Below are positions 38,515 to 49,296 of a stretch of 64,000 nucleotides of DNA, piece by piece. Position 1 is the stretch's first letter; the number at the start of each line of letters is the position of its first letter. The position numbers were made by a program, and so were the translations under genes. This DNA comes from Anaerohalosphaeraceae bacterium (lineage in GTDB: Bacteria; Planctomycetota; Phycisphaerae; Sedimentisphaerales; Anaerohalosphaeraceae), in the NCBI GenBank assembly GCA_963675525.2, contig CAXXSL010000011.1:448001-512000 (forward strand). The letters run 5' to 3'. The notes under the pieces were generated by a model that saw only the letters and a program-made list of their open reading frames with translations, was not told the origin of the DNA and searched no databases.

Positions 38515-41496
38515 CTACTTACCGTAAATTTCAATCTCCACAATTTTGAGTGTTCCCTTGGCATCGGGGTCGGCGCTAACAGTGCCTGCCGCATCTTTTT
38601 TGCCTGTGACCTCGACAATATCGAACGCATCCATGTCGGTATTGGCTCCGATCAGTTCGATCGTCAGACTTTTTCCGCTGACAGGCTCAAATCGGACAGT
38701 GTAATAACCCAGATTTCGCTCGGTCGAACCTTTAAATACTTCTTTTTGGTCGATGAGAATACGAACCGGATAACTGCGCGTTCGCCAGTTAGCAAGCTTA
38801 AGGACCACTTCGCTGACTTCGGCAGGTTTTTCAAAATCATATCGAATCCAACCCGTCGCCAGCTTTCCATCGTTGGCCCATGCGGTTATTTCATTATCAT
38901 CAAAACTGGAAACCGCATCCTCCTGATTCGAACCTGCCGTCGCATGGACAATGTCTACCGGGATCCGTGACACCTTAAATGAGGGGCTTTGGGGCGTGGG
39001 TCCGCGATCCAAATAACACGGCAGTCCCGCATCCGGCATGGCCAATGAAAGCCCGCCTGATATAGTAAACGGTTTGGAAACAATGCTGATAGAATCAGAC
39101 TGCAGGCCTTCCGATGCGGCCTTTAGTACAATGGTTCCGGTTTGTGTTGTCGACCGAATCAAAACACGGTTTACACCACACTCAACGGGAAGACTTTTTG
39201 ACAAAATATAGTTGTCGGGCCCCTGTGCAATCCCGCCGCGCCATTCAGCGGGACCTTCTAAAACAAAATCAATCGTATTCAATGCCGTCGGACATCGATT
39301 GCCGTCGGCATCGGTCACCTCCACATCGACCAGCGCCATGTCCGCGCCATCTGCCCGAAGTCCCTGCGGGGCGGTATGCATTTTCAAGCGAATGCGCTGG
39401 GCCTCTCCGGCCGTCTTCTTTTCCGCATCGCAGATTTTTTGGCCCTTGCTGTCATATCCGACCGCACGAATGACCCCCGGCTTCCATTCAATATCCTTGA
39501 AGGTGTAAAGAAACCGATAACTTTGCTCGCCGAAGCCCATGGAATTATCATTGATAAATAATTCCACCTTATCGGCACTGGAAACAGCATAAACGTTCTT
39601 TTTGACCCCCGGTCCATAATTCCAGTGCCCCATGATATGAATCCGCGGATGTTCGACATCGACCCAACCGTCCCACATGACCTGATGCGCGTAAAAACCA
39701 TCTTTGGGAATCCGCATCGGATCGACTTCGCCGCTGCGGCGGTAGTTTTCTGCTCCGCGGAAATGCGTATTCGTATCGGAAAAAATAATATTTACCCCGC
39801 CGGAACTGACACGTTTACCCGTACCGGGCCGACATTCCCAATAATCATACCAACGCACGATATTCTCAATCGCATGCGAGTCCTGGTTGCGGTTATAAGA
39901 CTCAGGAAGGTTCTTACCGCGGCGGGGACCGTCACCGTCTTTGTGGTATGGCGGCGTAAACTCATCCCAGTACTTGCGAAGTCCCTCATCACGTGAGTAT
40001 TCCATCGCCCACATTGGAATTCGCGCGCTTTTATTGATATACAACATCTCACCGCCGTACTCAGCCACTTGACTGTCCAGCATTTCTCGGCATCCCGACG
40101 CACGGCCGCCGTGTGGGTCATACTGATCGCGCAAACTTTTTAAATCCTGCATATGAGGATCGCTGATATTTTCATTGCCGCCCTCATAAAACAAAATGCT
40201 GGGATTATTTCGATTGTAAATAATTGCATCCCGCATCAGTTCGACACGCTGCTCCCAGCGGCGGCCCGTCACATCTTTTTCCGAATCGCCAGCCGGCATC
40301 GCCTGAATCAAGCCCACCCGGTCACACGACTCGATATCCTGCTTGCTGGGCGTAATATGCATCCAGCGAACAAGATTTCCGTTGCTTTCAACCATCAGTT
40401 GATTACTGAAATCGCTCATCCACGGCGGTATCGAAATCCCCACCGCCGGCCACTCGTTACTCGTACGCTGAGCGTAGCCTTTCATCTGAAGCACGCGGTC
40501 ATTGAGCTTAATCATCCCATTGCCAAACTCGGTCTTCCGAAAACCCGTACGGGTTTTGACAACATCTACCACGACACCATCGATTTTAAGAACCGTATAG
40601 ACTTCATAGAGATAGCCGTACCCCCAACTCCAGAAGTTCAGCCCTTCGACCTTGTCGGTTGCCCGAACCACCTGGGTACCGCCGGGGGCAATCGTACAGG
40701 GATAACCCGTCATCGTTTTGATAACCTCACCATCCATATCCAGCATCCTGACTTCGTATTGAAATGTACGAGCAACGGGATATTCGTTGCGGACCTGTGA
40801 TTCGGCGGTAATCGTCGCGGTCTTATTGGGAATATCAAAATCTCGTGCATAGATATACACGCCGGTTGTACCCAGTGTCGAATACAGCGGCAGCGTCTGA
40901 TACAATTTATCGGTGAAATGAAGCTTTGCGTTCTTTGAAATGCCGCCGTAGTTGGCATTGAAATTCCGGTCACTCCATTGGTATTTACTGTTTGTCGCTT
41001 TCTCCCGATAGTCCCAGTCATTGTCTATGCGTACGGCAAGAACGTTTTGCACCGGCGCTGCTTTGACCAGTTGGGTAATATCAAAGCCAAATGCCATCGC
41101 TCCGTTTTCGTGCCGACCGATATATTCACCATTTAGATAAAATTCGCCACCCTGTCGAATCCCTTCAAATTCTATAAAAATTTTGTAGCTGGAGTGTTTT
41201 TCCGGTATCACAAAATCCTTGCGGTACCATGCAATCCCGGTTGACAGATCGTGTATATCTTTCTTAAAAGCTTCCTGCTCGTTCCATGCATAGGGCAATG
41301 TCACATGCTTCCACTTGCTGTCATCAAAGGCCGTCTTTTCCGCGCCGTCCGGATCGCCAACAAAAACCTTCCATCCGGGATTGAAATTATACGTAATTCG
41401 CGAAGACTCCGGCAATGCACCGGACGCACTTGCAGAGAGCGTTAAACTCAAAGACAGAACGAATACCGCAGCAAATTGGACTGTGGAAATACGCAT
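38515..41496 (-). CDS. Secreted GH2 glycoside hydrolase (beta-galactosidase-like, DUF4982 domain)
   Basis: 'FNPGW', 'WYRKDF', 'IEFEG', 'NRNNPSILFYEGGNE', 'PRIHIMGHWN'; start ATG 41496 with GGAG RBS. Confidence 0.88.
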   Translation of the reverse strand: MRISTVQFAAVFVLSLSLTLSASASGALPESSRITYNFNPGWKVFVGDPDGAEKTAFDDSKWKHVTLPYAWNEQEAFKKDIHDLSTGIAWYRKDFVIPEKHSSYKIFIEFEGIRQGGEFYLNGEYIGRHENGAMAFGFDITQLVKAAPVQNVLAVRIDNDWDYREKATNSKYQWSDRNFNANYGGISKNAKLHFTDKLYQTLPLYSTLGTTGVYIYARDFDIPNKTATITAESQVRNEYPVARTFQYEVRMLDMDGEVIKTMTGYPCTIAPGGTQVVRATDKVEGLNFWSWGYGYLYEVYTVLKIDGVVVDVVKTRTGFRKTEFGNGMIKLNDRVLQMKGYAQRTSNEWPAVGISIPPWMSDFSNQLMVESNGNLVRWMHITPSKQDIESCDRVGLIQAMPAGDSEKDVTGRRWEQRVELMRDAIIYNRNNPSILFYEGGNENISDPHMQDLKSLRDQYDPHGGRASGCREMLDSQVAEYGGEMLYINKSARIPMWAMEYSRDEGLRKYWDEFTPPYHKDGDGPRRGKNLPESYNRNQDSHAIENIVRWYDYWECRPGTGKRVSSGGVNIIFSDTNTHFRGAENYRRSGEVDPMRIPKDGFYAHQVMWDGWVDVEHPRIHIMGHWNYGPGVKKNVYAVSSADKVELFINDNSMGFGEQSYRFLYTFKDIEWKPGVIRAVGYDSKGQKICDAEKKTAGEAQRIRLKMHTAPQGLRADGADMALVDVEVTDADGNRCPTALNTIDFVLEGPAEWRGGIAQGPDNYILSKSLPVECGVNRVLIRSTTQTGTIVLKAASEGLQSDSISIVSKPFTISGGLSLAMPDAGLPCYLDRGPTPQSPSFKVSRIPVDIVHATAGSNQEDAVSSFDDNEITAWANDGKLATGWIRYDFEKPAEVSEVVLKLANWRTRSYPVRILIDQKEVFKGSTERNLGYYTVRFEPVSGKSLTIELIGANTDMDAFDIVEVTGKKDAAGTVSADPDAKGTLKIVEIEIYGK

Positions 41497-41741
41497 GTGT
41501 AAACTCCGTTTCTCATAAATTTGATTGGACAATTGCGATACTTTAACCCGGATTGCAGAAATCTCTCTTGCGACAAAGCCGCTCAATAAATTGCGGGCCA
41601 GAGAAGTCGAACCTCCATACCACGAGGGTACAAGAACCTAAATCAAACCGGAGACCTATAACGCTTTTATAACAGGAAAAACTTGGGTAGGCAAGTCAGA
41701 AAGAGTCGAATCGTAATTTTCTATGCCGCCTGCAATACCGA

Positions 41742-41867
41742 TGCGATCAAGTTTATCTGGGCGATGTGAATGCGGACTGTAAAGTTAATCTGATCGATTT
41801 TGGAATTCTGGCCAGTCAGTGGCTGAATTCTCCCGGAACTCTTTCGGCAGATATGATTCCAATGTGA
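41742..41867 (+). pseudogene. Orphan dockerin-like fragment
   Basis: Frame without a start codon reads CDQVYLGDVNADCKVNLIDFGILASQWLNSPGTLSADMIPM*. Confidence 0.65.
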
Positions 41868-41983
41868 AATACCGATTAAAATGTGGATGTCTCACGTCTT
41901 AATAAGCTCCTCTTAAGATTGTCTTAGTAATGCATCACAGATGTAATATGAGATTTATCGCTATCAGTGCTATTTGGGTTATT

Positions 41984-42015
41984 GGGGACAGAACTCGAAA
42001 AAAGGACAAATATAG
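41984..42015 (+). promoter_or_regulatory. Candidate ECF-sigma promoter of the lyase array
   Basis: GGGGAC-N16-ACAAATATAG, similar to 49239-49269. Confidence 0.4.
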
Positions 42016-42327
42016 CCTTTTTCGCGCAAAATGAAAATTCAAATTGCGCAAATCAACTCTTTGCTAACCAATAATCTTGCATGAAACGCCTTTTTTTGCT
42101 AAAATAGTGGTATAATCGATGGTGCTTTTCGGTATGATGATTCTAATTAAAATATAATGAGAAAGTGGGGGTGTGTTTTTTCGGCAATCACAACTTCATT
42201 AGCATTTATCAGCACAACTTTAGCCTGTTCGATCTCTCTGCGTTTAAGTTTTTTTGGACAGATGACTGTTGAATTAATCGAAGACCGCAATAACAGAAAC
42301 CATTTTTTAATTGAGGGAATACAGACG

Positions 42328-43872
42328 ATGAAAAACACTTCTACTATCACCTTGTTTGCATTTGTTTTGTTCTGTTTTGGTTCTTCATTGGTTTTGGCTG
42401 TTCCCGCTTTTCCGGGAGCAGAAGGATACGGTGCTGCAGCCACCGGCGGCCGCGGCGGGGCCGTCTATATTGTTACCAATCTCAATGATTCCGGTGCCGG
42501 TTCTCTCCGTGATGCCCTGAATCATAATACACCCCGCACGATTGTTTTTCAAGTATCAGGCACGATTCATCTGACATCCAACCTGAGCCTCCAATACCCC
42601 AATGTGACCATTGCCGGTCAGACTGCACCGGGAGATGGTATCTGTATCGCCAACGGTTCTTTATATGGCGGCTTTGACAATGTGATTATCCGTTATATTC
42701 GCTGCCGTCTCGGTGATCAATGGCCCGACGGTACCGAAAACGGCGATGATGACGCGACATGGGGACGTTACGGCAACACCATGATCTTCGATCATGTGAC
42801 GGCGAGCTGGTCGATCGATGAGGCGTTCTCCTATTATGCCAACAATAACTTTACCGCCCAGTGGTGCCTGATATCGGAAAGTCTTCGTTACTCGCACCAT
42901 GAAAAAGGCCCTCACGGTTATGGGGGTATCTGGGGCGGCACCAATAGTTCCTGGCATCATAACCTGCTGGCCCATCACAGCTCGCGCAATCCCCGCGTCG
43001 AAGGGGGTGTGGTGGACAATGTGGATATGCGAAACAATGTCATCTACAATTGGGGTTTCAATAGCTGTTACGGCGGCGAGAATGCCACTGTCAATATTGT
43101 TAATTGCTACTATAAATATGGCCCTGCGACAAGCTCAGGGGTTCGTGACAGGATATGCGAACCAAGTACTGACGGGACCTATGGGCTGTGGTATGTCAAC
43201 GGTAATTACGTGAACGGTTATCCGACGGTAACAGCCAATAACTGGCTTGGCGTTGATCCTTCCGGAGGAAGCGGAGATATTCCGCTGTGCCAGTCACTTA
43301 CGCCGTTTCCTGTAGCCACAACCTACCCGGTAACCACACAGACCGCGCAGGATGCCTACAATTCCGTTTTGGATGATGTTGGATGCAGTCTGATCCGTGA
43401 CTCGGTGGACACCCGTATCATTAACGAAGTCGAAACCGGTACGGCAACTTACGGCGGCGTGACCGGAGCAGGCCTGGGTATTATCGACTCCCAGACCACC
43501 GTCGGCGGTTGGCCGACACTCTATTCGCTTCCCGCCCTGACCGACACCGATAACGACGGTATGCCCAATGCCTGGGAACTTTCAAGAGGACTCAACCCCA
43601 ACCACCCCGCCGACCGCAACTACGACCGCAACAGCGATGGCTATACCAATCTCGAAGAATATCTCAACTGGCTGTGTACCCCCACCGCCCGGGCCGACAT
43701 GGAACGCAACTGTGTCATTGACCTGGGCGATTTTTCCGTATTTGCGGCTTCCTGGCAAACCCAGCCCGGAGATGCCGGATGGAATCCCTACTGCGATATC
43801 GCCAGACCCGCAGACGAGGTAGTCGATATCATCGACCTGATGGTTCTGGTGGACAGCTGGCTGCTGAATTAA
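42328..43872 (+). CDS. Pectate lyase PL1 (AFPGAEG type) with C-terminal dockerin-like domain
   Basis: AFPGAEGYG..GGRGG, TIAGQTAPGDG, DH..ASWSIDE, HHNLLAH..SRNPR, DTDNDGMP; C-terminal ADMERNCVIDLGDF...DL..L...WL. Confidence 0.9.
   Translation: MKNTSTITLFAFVLFCFGSSLVLAVPAFPGAEGYGAAATGGRGGAVYIVTNLNDSGAGSLRDALNHNTPRTIVFQVSGTIHLTSNLSLQYPNVTIAGQTAPGDGICIANGSLYGGFDNVIIRYIRCRLGDQWPDGTENGDDDATWGRYGNTMIFDHVTASWSIDEAFSYYANNNFTAQWCLISESLRYSHHEKGPHGYGGIWGGTNSSWHHNLLAHHSSRNPRVEGGVVDNVDMRNNVIYNWGFNSCYGGENATVNIVNCYYKYGPATSSGVRDRICEPSTDGTYGLWYVNGNYVNGYPTVTANNWLGVDPSGGSGDIPLCQSLTPFPVATTYPVTTQTAQDAYNSVLDDVGCSLIRDSVDTRIINEVETGTATYGGVTGAGLGIIDSQTTVGGWPTLYSLPALTDTDNDGMPNAWELSRGLNPNHPADRNYDRNSDGYTNLEEYLNWLCTPTARADMERNCVIDLGDFSVFAASWQTQPGDAGWNPYCDIARPADEVVDIIDLMVLVDSWLLN
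42396..43001 (+). repeat. Direct repeat copy 1 (606 bp, matches 43991-44596)
   Basis: Same nucleotide string at offset 1595; checked by eye at both ends and several internal points. Confidence 0.85.
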
Positions 43873-43919
43873 TCGAGGACGACAGGAGCAGAAACCATTT
43901 TTTAATTACGGGAATACGC

Positions 43920-46403
43920 ATGATGAAAAATACTTTTACGGTCGCCCTGTTTGCAGTTGTTTTGTTCTGCTTTAGTTCTTCCTTAGTGTGGGCTGTTCCC
44001 GCTTTTCCGGGAGCAGAAGGATACGGTGCTGCAGCCACCGGCGGCCGCGGCGGGGCCGTCTATATTGTTACCAATCTCAATGATTCCGGTGCCGGTTCTC
44101 TCCGTGATGCCCTGAATCATAATACACCCCGCACGATTGTTTTTCAAGTATCAGGCACGATTCATCTGACATCCAACCTGAGCCTCCAATACCCCAATGT
44201 GACCATTGCCGGTCAGACTGCACCGGGAGATGGTATCTGTATCGCCAACGGTTCTTTATATGGCGGCTTTGACAATGTGATTATCCGTTATATTCGCTGC
44301 CGTCTCGGTGATCAATGGCCCGACGGTACCGAAAACGGCGATGATGACGCGACATGGGGACGTTACGGCAACACCATGATCTTCGATCATGTGACGGCGA
44401 GCTGGTCGATCGATGAGGCGTTCTCCTATTATGCCAACAATAACTTTACCGCCCAGTGGTGCCTGATATCGGAAAGTCTTCGTTACTCGCACCATGAAAA
44501 AGGCCCTCACGGTTATGGGGGTATCTGGGGCGGCACCAATAGTTCCTGGCATCATAACCTGCTGGCCCATCACAGCTCGCGCAATCCCCGCGTCGAGAGT
44601 GCTATCGACAATATGGATTTGCGAAACAATGTTATTTACAACTGGGTCTTTAATAGTTGTTACGGAGGCGAAGGTGCCAATGTCAACATTGTCAATTGCT
44701 ATTATAAATACGGTCCTGCAACAAGTTCCGGCGTAAGAGACCGCATCGTGAATCCCAGTCTGGTAAAGGATTCTTTGGGCGATCCTGTCATTCCGCATAC
44801 TTACGGACAATGGTACGTAAACGGCAATTATGTCTATGGAAGTACAACCGTAACAAATGATAATTGGCTGGGTGTCGACCCGGAAGGCGGCAGTGCCGAG
44901 CGGAGTTTGTGTCAGTCCACAACGCCTTTTCCCGTGGCTACGACCTACCCGGTCACCACACAGAGCGCGGAGGATGCTTATAATTCCGTTTTGGATAGTG
45001 CTGGATGTAGCCTGGTCCGTGACTCGGTAGATACTCGTATCATTGAGGAGGTCCGAACCGGTACGGCTACATACGGCGGCGTGACCGGGGCAGAATTGGG
45101 AATTATTGACTCCCAGGAAACGGTCGGCGGATGGCCTGCTTTGACCGAAGAAAGCCGCCCGGCCGGCTGGGATACCGATCAGGACGGCATGCCGGATGAT
45201 TGGGAAACCGCCAACAGCCTGAATCCTGTCAATGCAACTGACAGAAATAATTACGATCTGGATGCCGATTACACAAACCTGGAGGTGTATCTTAACAGTC
45301 TTGTCGATATGGGCTCAAGCGATACAACACCTCCGGCAACTCCAACGGGGCTGGCGGCCTTAACGGGTGATGGGACTGTTGGCCTTAACTGGGACGATAA
45401 TTCGGAAGGTGATCTCGCAGGCTATTACGTCTATCGTTCAACAACGTCAGGCAGTGGCTATGTCAGCCTGAACGACTCTGCCGCCGTGAGCAGTTCGGAT
45501 TATACGGACGATACGGCCGAGAATGGCATCACATATTTCTATGTCATCACAGCTGTAGATACCTCATACAATGAATCCGATTCTTCAGATGAAGTATTTG
45601 CAACACCGGTCGATATGGAGTTCTACCGTGATACGAATGACGACCAGCTTATCGATATCACCGACCTGGCCGCCCTTCTGGCTATGTGGCTTCAGTCGGA
45701 TTGCCTGGTCACCACAGGTTGGGATATCAATAACGATTGTTGGGTCAATCTTGATGAATTCAGCCTGTTAGCCAGCCACTGGCAATCTGAACAAACGACA
45801 CCCGGGCCATCCATTCAATATGCGGATGTCAGTTGCCGGACATCGCTGAACGATGGTACGGATTCAGAAGCCGATACCAACAAAACAGAAGGCAACAAAC
45901 TCAGCGTACGAGGAGACAGTAAAGCCGCCAAATCCTGGATCAAGTTTGATATCAGCGGCATCGATGTCGGTTCACTGACGAGTGCCCAACTGCGTATTAC
46001 ATTATACGAGGCAAAAACCAGTACATGTCTATTGTCGGCCGTCAATGACGACTGCACTGATAATATCAGCTGGGGCGAAACGGATATTACCTGGAACAAT
46101 GCCCCCGGCAATATTACCAGCAGTGACGGGGTCAATCCTGATGACGGGTCTTTTACCGTCGGCGATCTTCAGGATAATCTGAACCCGGCCAAAACGACGC
46201 TGATCGATGCCGTTGATTATTCATACGGCGGACTGGTCGGCGATCAGTTCACGTTTGATGTACTTTCGATTTTGCAGGCCGATACGGACGGTATCGTGCA
46301 GTTTGTCCTGCATGGCGCCGGTGGTGCCTCTAATTTTACGACACATGACAGTTCGCTGGGCGCCGATTACTGGCCCGCACTTGTTCTAACCTATTCTAAT
46401 TAA
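43920..46403 (+). CDS. Pectate lyase PL1 + Fn3 + dockerin-like + DNRLRE/CBM96-like domain
   Basis: Catalytic N-half identical to the preceding gene; 'DTTPPATPTGL..LNWDDNSE.DLAGY' Fn3; 'DTNDDQLIDITDL..W...DINNDCWVNLDEF'; 'KSWIKFD...W.ETDITWNNAP'. Confidence 0.9.
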   Translation: MMKNTFTVALFAVVLFCFSSSLVWAVPAFPGAEGYGAAATGGRGGAVYIVTNLNDSGAGSLRDALNHNTPRTIVFQVSGTIHLTSNLSLQYPNVTIAGQTAPGDGICIANGSLYGGFDNVIIRYIRCRLGDQWPDGTENGDDDATWGRYGNTMIFDHVTASWSIDEAFSYYANNNFTAQWCLISESLRYSHHEKGPHGYGGIWGGTNSSWHHNLLAHHSSRNPRVESAIDNMDLRNNVIYNWVFNSCYGGEGANVNIVNCYYKYGPATSSGVRDRIVNPSLVKDSLGDPVIPHTYGQWYVNGNYVYGSTTVTNDNWLGVDPEGGSAERSLCQSTTPFPVATTYPVTTQSAEDAYNSVLDSAGCSLVRDSVDTRIIEEVRTGTATYGGVTGAELGIIDSQETVGGWPALTEESRPAGWDTDQDGMPDDWETANSLNPVNATDRNNYDLDADYTNLEVYLNSLVDMGSSDTTPPATPTGLAALTGDGTVGLNWDDNSEGDLAGYYVYRSTTSGSGYVSLNDSAAVSSSDYTDDTAENGITYFYVITAVDTSYNESDSSDEVFATPVDMEFYRDTNDDQLIDITDLAALLAMWLQSDCLVTTGWDINNDCWVNLDEFSLLASHWQSEQTTPGPSIQYADVSCRTSLNDGTDSEADTNKTEGNKLSVRGDSKAAKSWIKFDISGIDVGSLTSAQLRITLYEAKTSTCLLSAVNDDCTDNISWGETDITWNNAPGNITSSDGVNPDDGSFTVGDLQDNLNPAKTTLIDAVDYSYGGLVGDQFTFDVLSILQADTDGIVQFVLHGAGGASNFTTHDSSLGADYWPALVLTYSN
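43991..44596 (+). repeat. Direct repeat copy 2 (606 bp)
   Basis: Matches 42396-43001. Confidence 0.85.
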
Positions 46404-46416
46404 AGGGGTGCTATTA

Positions 46417-48856
46417 ATGAAGCAAAATGGTTTGACCGTCTTACTCTTAGCTATTCTATTCTGCTTAAGTTCTTCATTCGTGTGGTCTGTTCCGGTTGCT
46501 TTTCCCGGTGCTGAGGGATTTGGTGCCTATGCAGAGGGTGGTCGCGGCGGAGATGTCTATTATGTAACAAATACAAACGATTCGGGTGCCGGTTCGCTGC
46601 GCGAGGGTATCAGTTCGGCAAGTGGGCCAAGGACTATCGTTTTTGCTGTTTCGGGGCTGATCCAACTTCAATCCAATCTGAATGTTGACAAAGACTACAT
46701 CACCATCGCAGGGCAAACCGCTCCCGGTGACGGCATATGCCTTCGAGACTATACGTTTGGTATTAGAGCCGAACATGTGATCGTTCGCTTCATTCGTTCA
46801 AGACTGGGCGCTGCGGGCGGTCAGGAATCGGATGCGATAACCATTACCGATGGCGCCAAAAATGTTATCATGGACCATTGTTCGGCTTCCTGGTCGGTGG
46901 ATGAGGTTTTTTCCTGTTCCACGGCGAATTCAAACGCGATTGACAACATTACAGTCCAGTGGTCCATCATTTCTGAGGGGCTGGGTGACAGTATTCATAC
47001 GAAGGGATATCACAGTTACGGCGCTTTGATACGCGGCTGCTATGGAGCTAAATACAGCTACCATCATAATCTTTTTGCGCATAACAACGGCCGTAATCCG
47101 CGTCCGGGCAATTATGACGATAACCCCTATACCTCGGATCCTCTGGGTCTTCAGTTTGATTTTCGCAACAACGTCATGTATAACTGGGGCGGAGACCACC
47201 CGAGCTATGATGCTGACACCGTAAGCGTCTGCCGGATGAACTACGTGGGCAACTATGCCAAGGCAGGTCCAAGTTCATCTTATGGGCAGCTTTATGATAC
47301 GGGCAGCCCGTATTTTATGGGCTATTACGAAGGAAACTATTGGAACGGCGGCATCCCTTCCGACCCGTACAGCATCGTTGATTTTGGTTCAATGAACAGC
47401 GGTCAGATAGACAGTTGGATACAGTCGGCACCCTTTTCAACTGGTCCGATCGTAACGCAAACCGCTCAGGATGCCTATGCCGACGTTTTGGCTGGCGCTG
47501 GAGCATCCTGGCAAGAGATTCGATTGATGCAAGAATTGTTAATGAAGTGACGACAGGCACGGTCACTTATTACGGCTCAGTCTCCGGCAAAGCGGGTATT
47601 ATTGACGATGAATCGGACGTCGGCGGGTGGCCGACATATAACTCGACCGCCGCCCCGGCCGATACCGATTTTGACGGCATGCCCGATGCGTGGGAAGCGG
47701 CCAATGGACTTAATTTAAGCATCGCCGCGGACCGGAACTATTATACATTGGATGCCAATTACACCAACCTGGAGGTTTATCTGAACAGTCTGGTCGGTAT
47801 GGGCTCAGGCGATACAACGCCTCCGGCGGCTCCGGCGGGCTTGGCAGCCTTAACCGGTGACGCAACGATTAGCCTTGATTGGGACGATAATTCAGACGTT
47901 GATCTTGCAGGCTATAACATCTATCGCTCGCTCGTCTCAGGAAGCGGTTATGACAGCTCAACGTTTTTGCATTGAGCAGTTCGGATTACACGGATGATAC
48001 AGCCGAGAATGGCGTGACCTATTTCTATGTCGTTACGGCGGTGGATACATCTTCCAATGAATCCGATTCTTCAGATGAAGTGTTTGCCACGCCGGTGGAC
48101 ATGGAGTTTTACCGCGATACGAATGACGACCAGATTATCGATGTGACCGACTTGGCTGCTTTTCTTGCAGTGTGGCTGCAGTCAGATTGCCTGGTCACCA
48201 CCGGTTGGGACATCAACAACGATTGTTGGGTCAATCTTGACGAATTCCGCCTGATGGCGGGTTCCTGGCTGGCTGAACAAGAACAAACCATCACCACCAT
48301 CGACATTGTTGCCAGTCAGGGAAAAATGGTCCAGTATGAGGGTCTTTCCGGGGCATGGGTTTCGGAAGAACGGCTTAAAGTCCGCTCGGCCGGAGTGTGG
48401 GATGACAATCCGGCGCTGAATACATTAGATGCAGCCAAATCTTATCTGCAATTTGATCTTTCGGGTGTCAACGGTACCCTTACCAGCGCTACCCTGACGA
48501 TTTATGCGATTACGGGTGGCAAGTCTTATAATGTCAGCGGACTTAACGATGGCATTGACGAAACGTGGAGTTCTAGCACGATCAATTGGTTCTCGGCTCC
48601 GGGCAATAACACGACAAGCGGCAACGGCCTTGTCGCGGCTCAGACGGTTTCACTGTACTCTGTCGGTTTGACCGTGGTCAATGGTGCTGCAAGCGGTGAT
48701 GTGACATCCTTTGTGAACGCAGATACGGACGGATTGGTGACGTTTATCCTGACCGCAGGCGGAACGACTTACATGTACAATGTTATCGAAGGAAGCTATT
48801 ACAACGCAGACTATGTTCCTGTTTTAACACTTGAAGGAGAGTTTAATCCCAACTAA
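46417..48856 (+). CDS. Pectate lyase PL1 + Fn3 + dockerin-like + DNRLRE-like domain (two -1 frameshifts, ~47508 and ~47955)
   Basis: ORFs 46408-47550, 47415-47975 and 47972-48856 join into one protein: AFPGAEG, SWSVDE, RNPRP, Fn3, dockerin-like, 'KSYLQFDLS'. Confidence 0.85.
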
Positions 48857-48870
48857 GGAACAGAAGATAC

Positions 48871-48999
48871 ATGAAAAAATGCTTGTTATTTACCTTGATA
48901 CTCATTCTTTGTATGAGAGCTGGTGTGTTAGCCGCCGATGGTTTCGGGTGCAATGTGACCGATGGTGCTCTCTTAGGTCCTTTTGTTCTTCACTTGTAA
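48871..48999 (+). pseudogene. Truncated N-terminus of a pectate-lyase-like gene
   Basis: AAGGA RBS, then MKKCLLFTLILILCMRAGVLAADGFGCNVTDG...*; signal peptide plus an 'AADG' start like the lyase at 51548. Confidence 0.55.
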
Positions 49000-49238
49000 T
49001 CCTCATTTTGCCGCAAAAAAACTTATAACTGACTCTATATAATGGGCTTATAATCGGACTAAGGTTCCCAAGATTCGTGTATCAGCTGTTCACGGATCTG
49101 TATCGTCTGGCCTGGAAGAAGGATTTGATAGTTACTGTAACCTTTTTTTAATAAATCACTTAGATAAACATCGACTGCCTTATCAATCGCATTAAAGCAA
49201 AGAAATTGTCTTTAAATATAGAAAAAAATATTTTCGAG

Positions 49239-49269
49239 GGTGACGAAAACCGATTTGTTACAATTATAG
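49239..49269 (+). promoter_or_regulatory. Candidate ECF autoregulatory promoter
   Basis: GGTGAC-N15-ACAATTATAG upstream of the ECF gene. Confidence 0.4.
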
Positions 49270-49296
49270 TACGGATATTCCAGGAGAAATTTGTAC

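Noticed and set aside
42157..42327. N-terminal extensions of the lyase ORFs (42157 and 43779 starts)
   Set aside because: Signal peptides and RBS-like sequences point to ATG 42328 and 43920; the upstream frames are incidental.
42396..44596. Diversity-generating retroelement TR/VR pair
   Set aside because: The copies appear identical rather than differing at adenines, both are coding, and no reverse transcriptase is present.
47415..47975. Separate small genes within lyase 3
   Set aside because: Adding one base at each of two sites restores a single protein colinear with the neighbouring paralogue.
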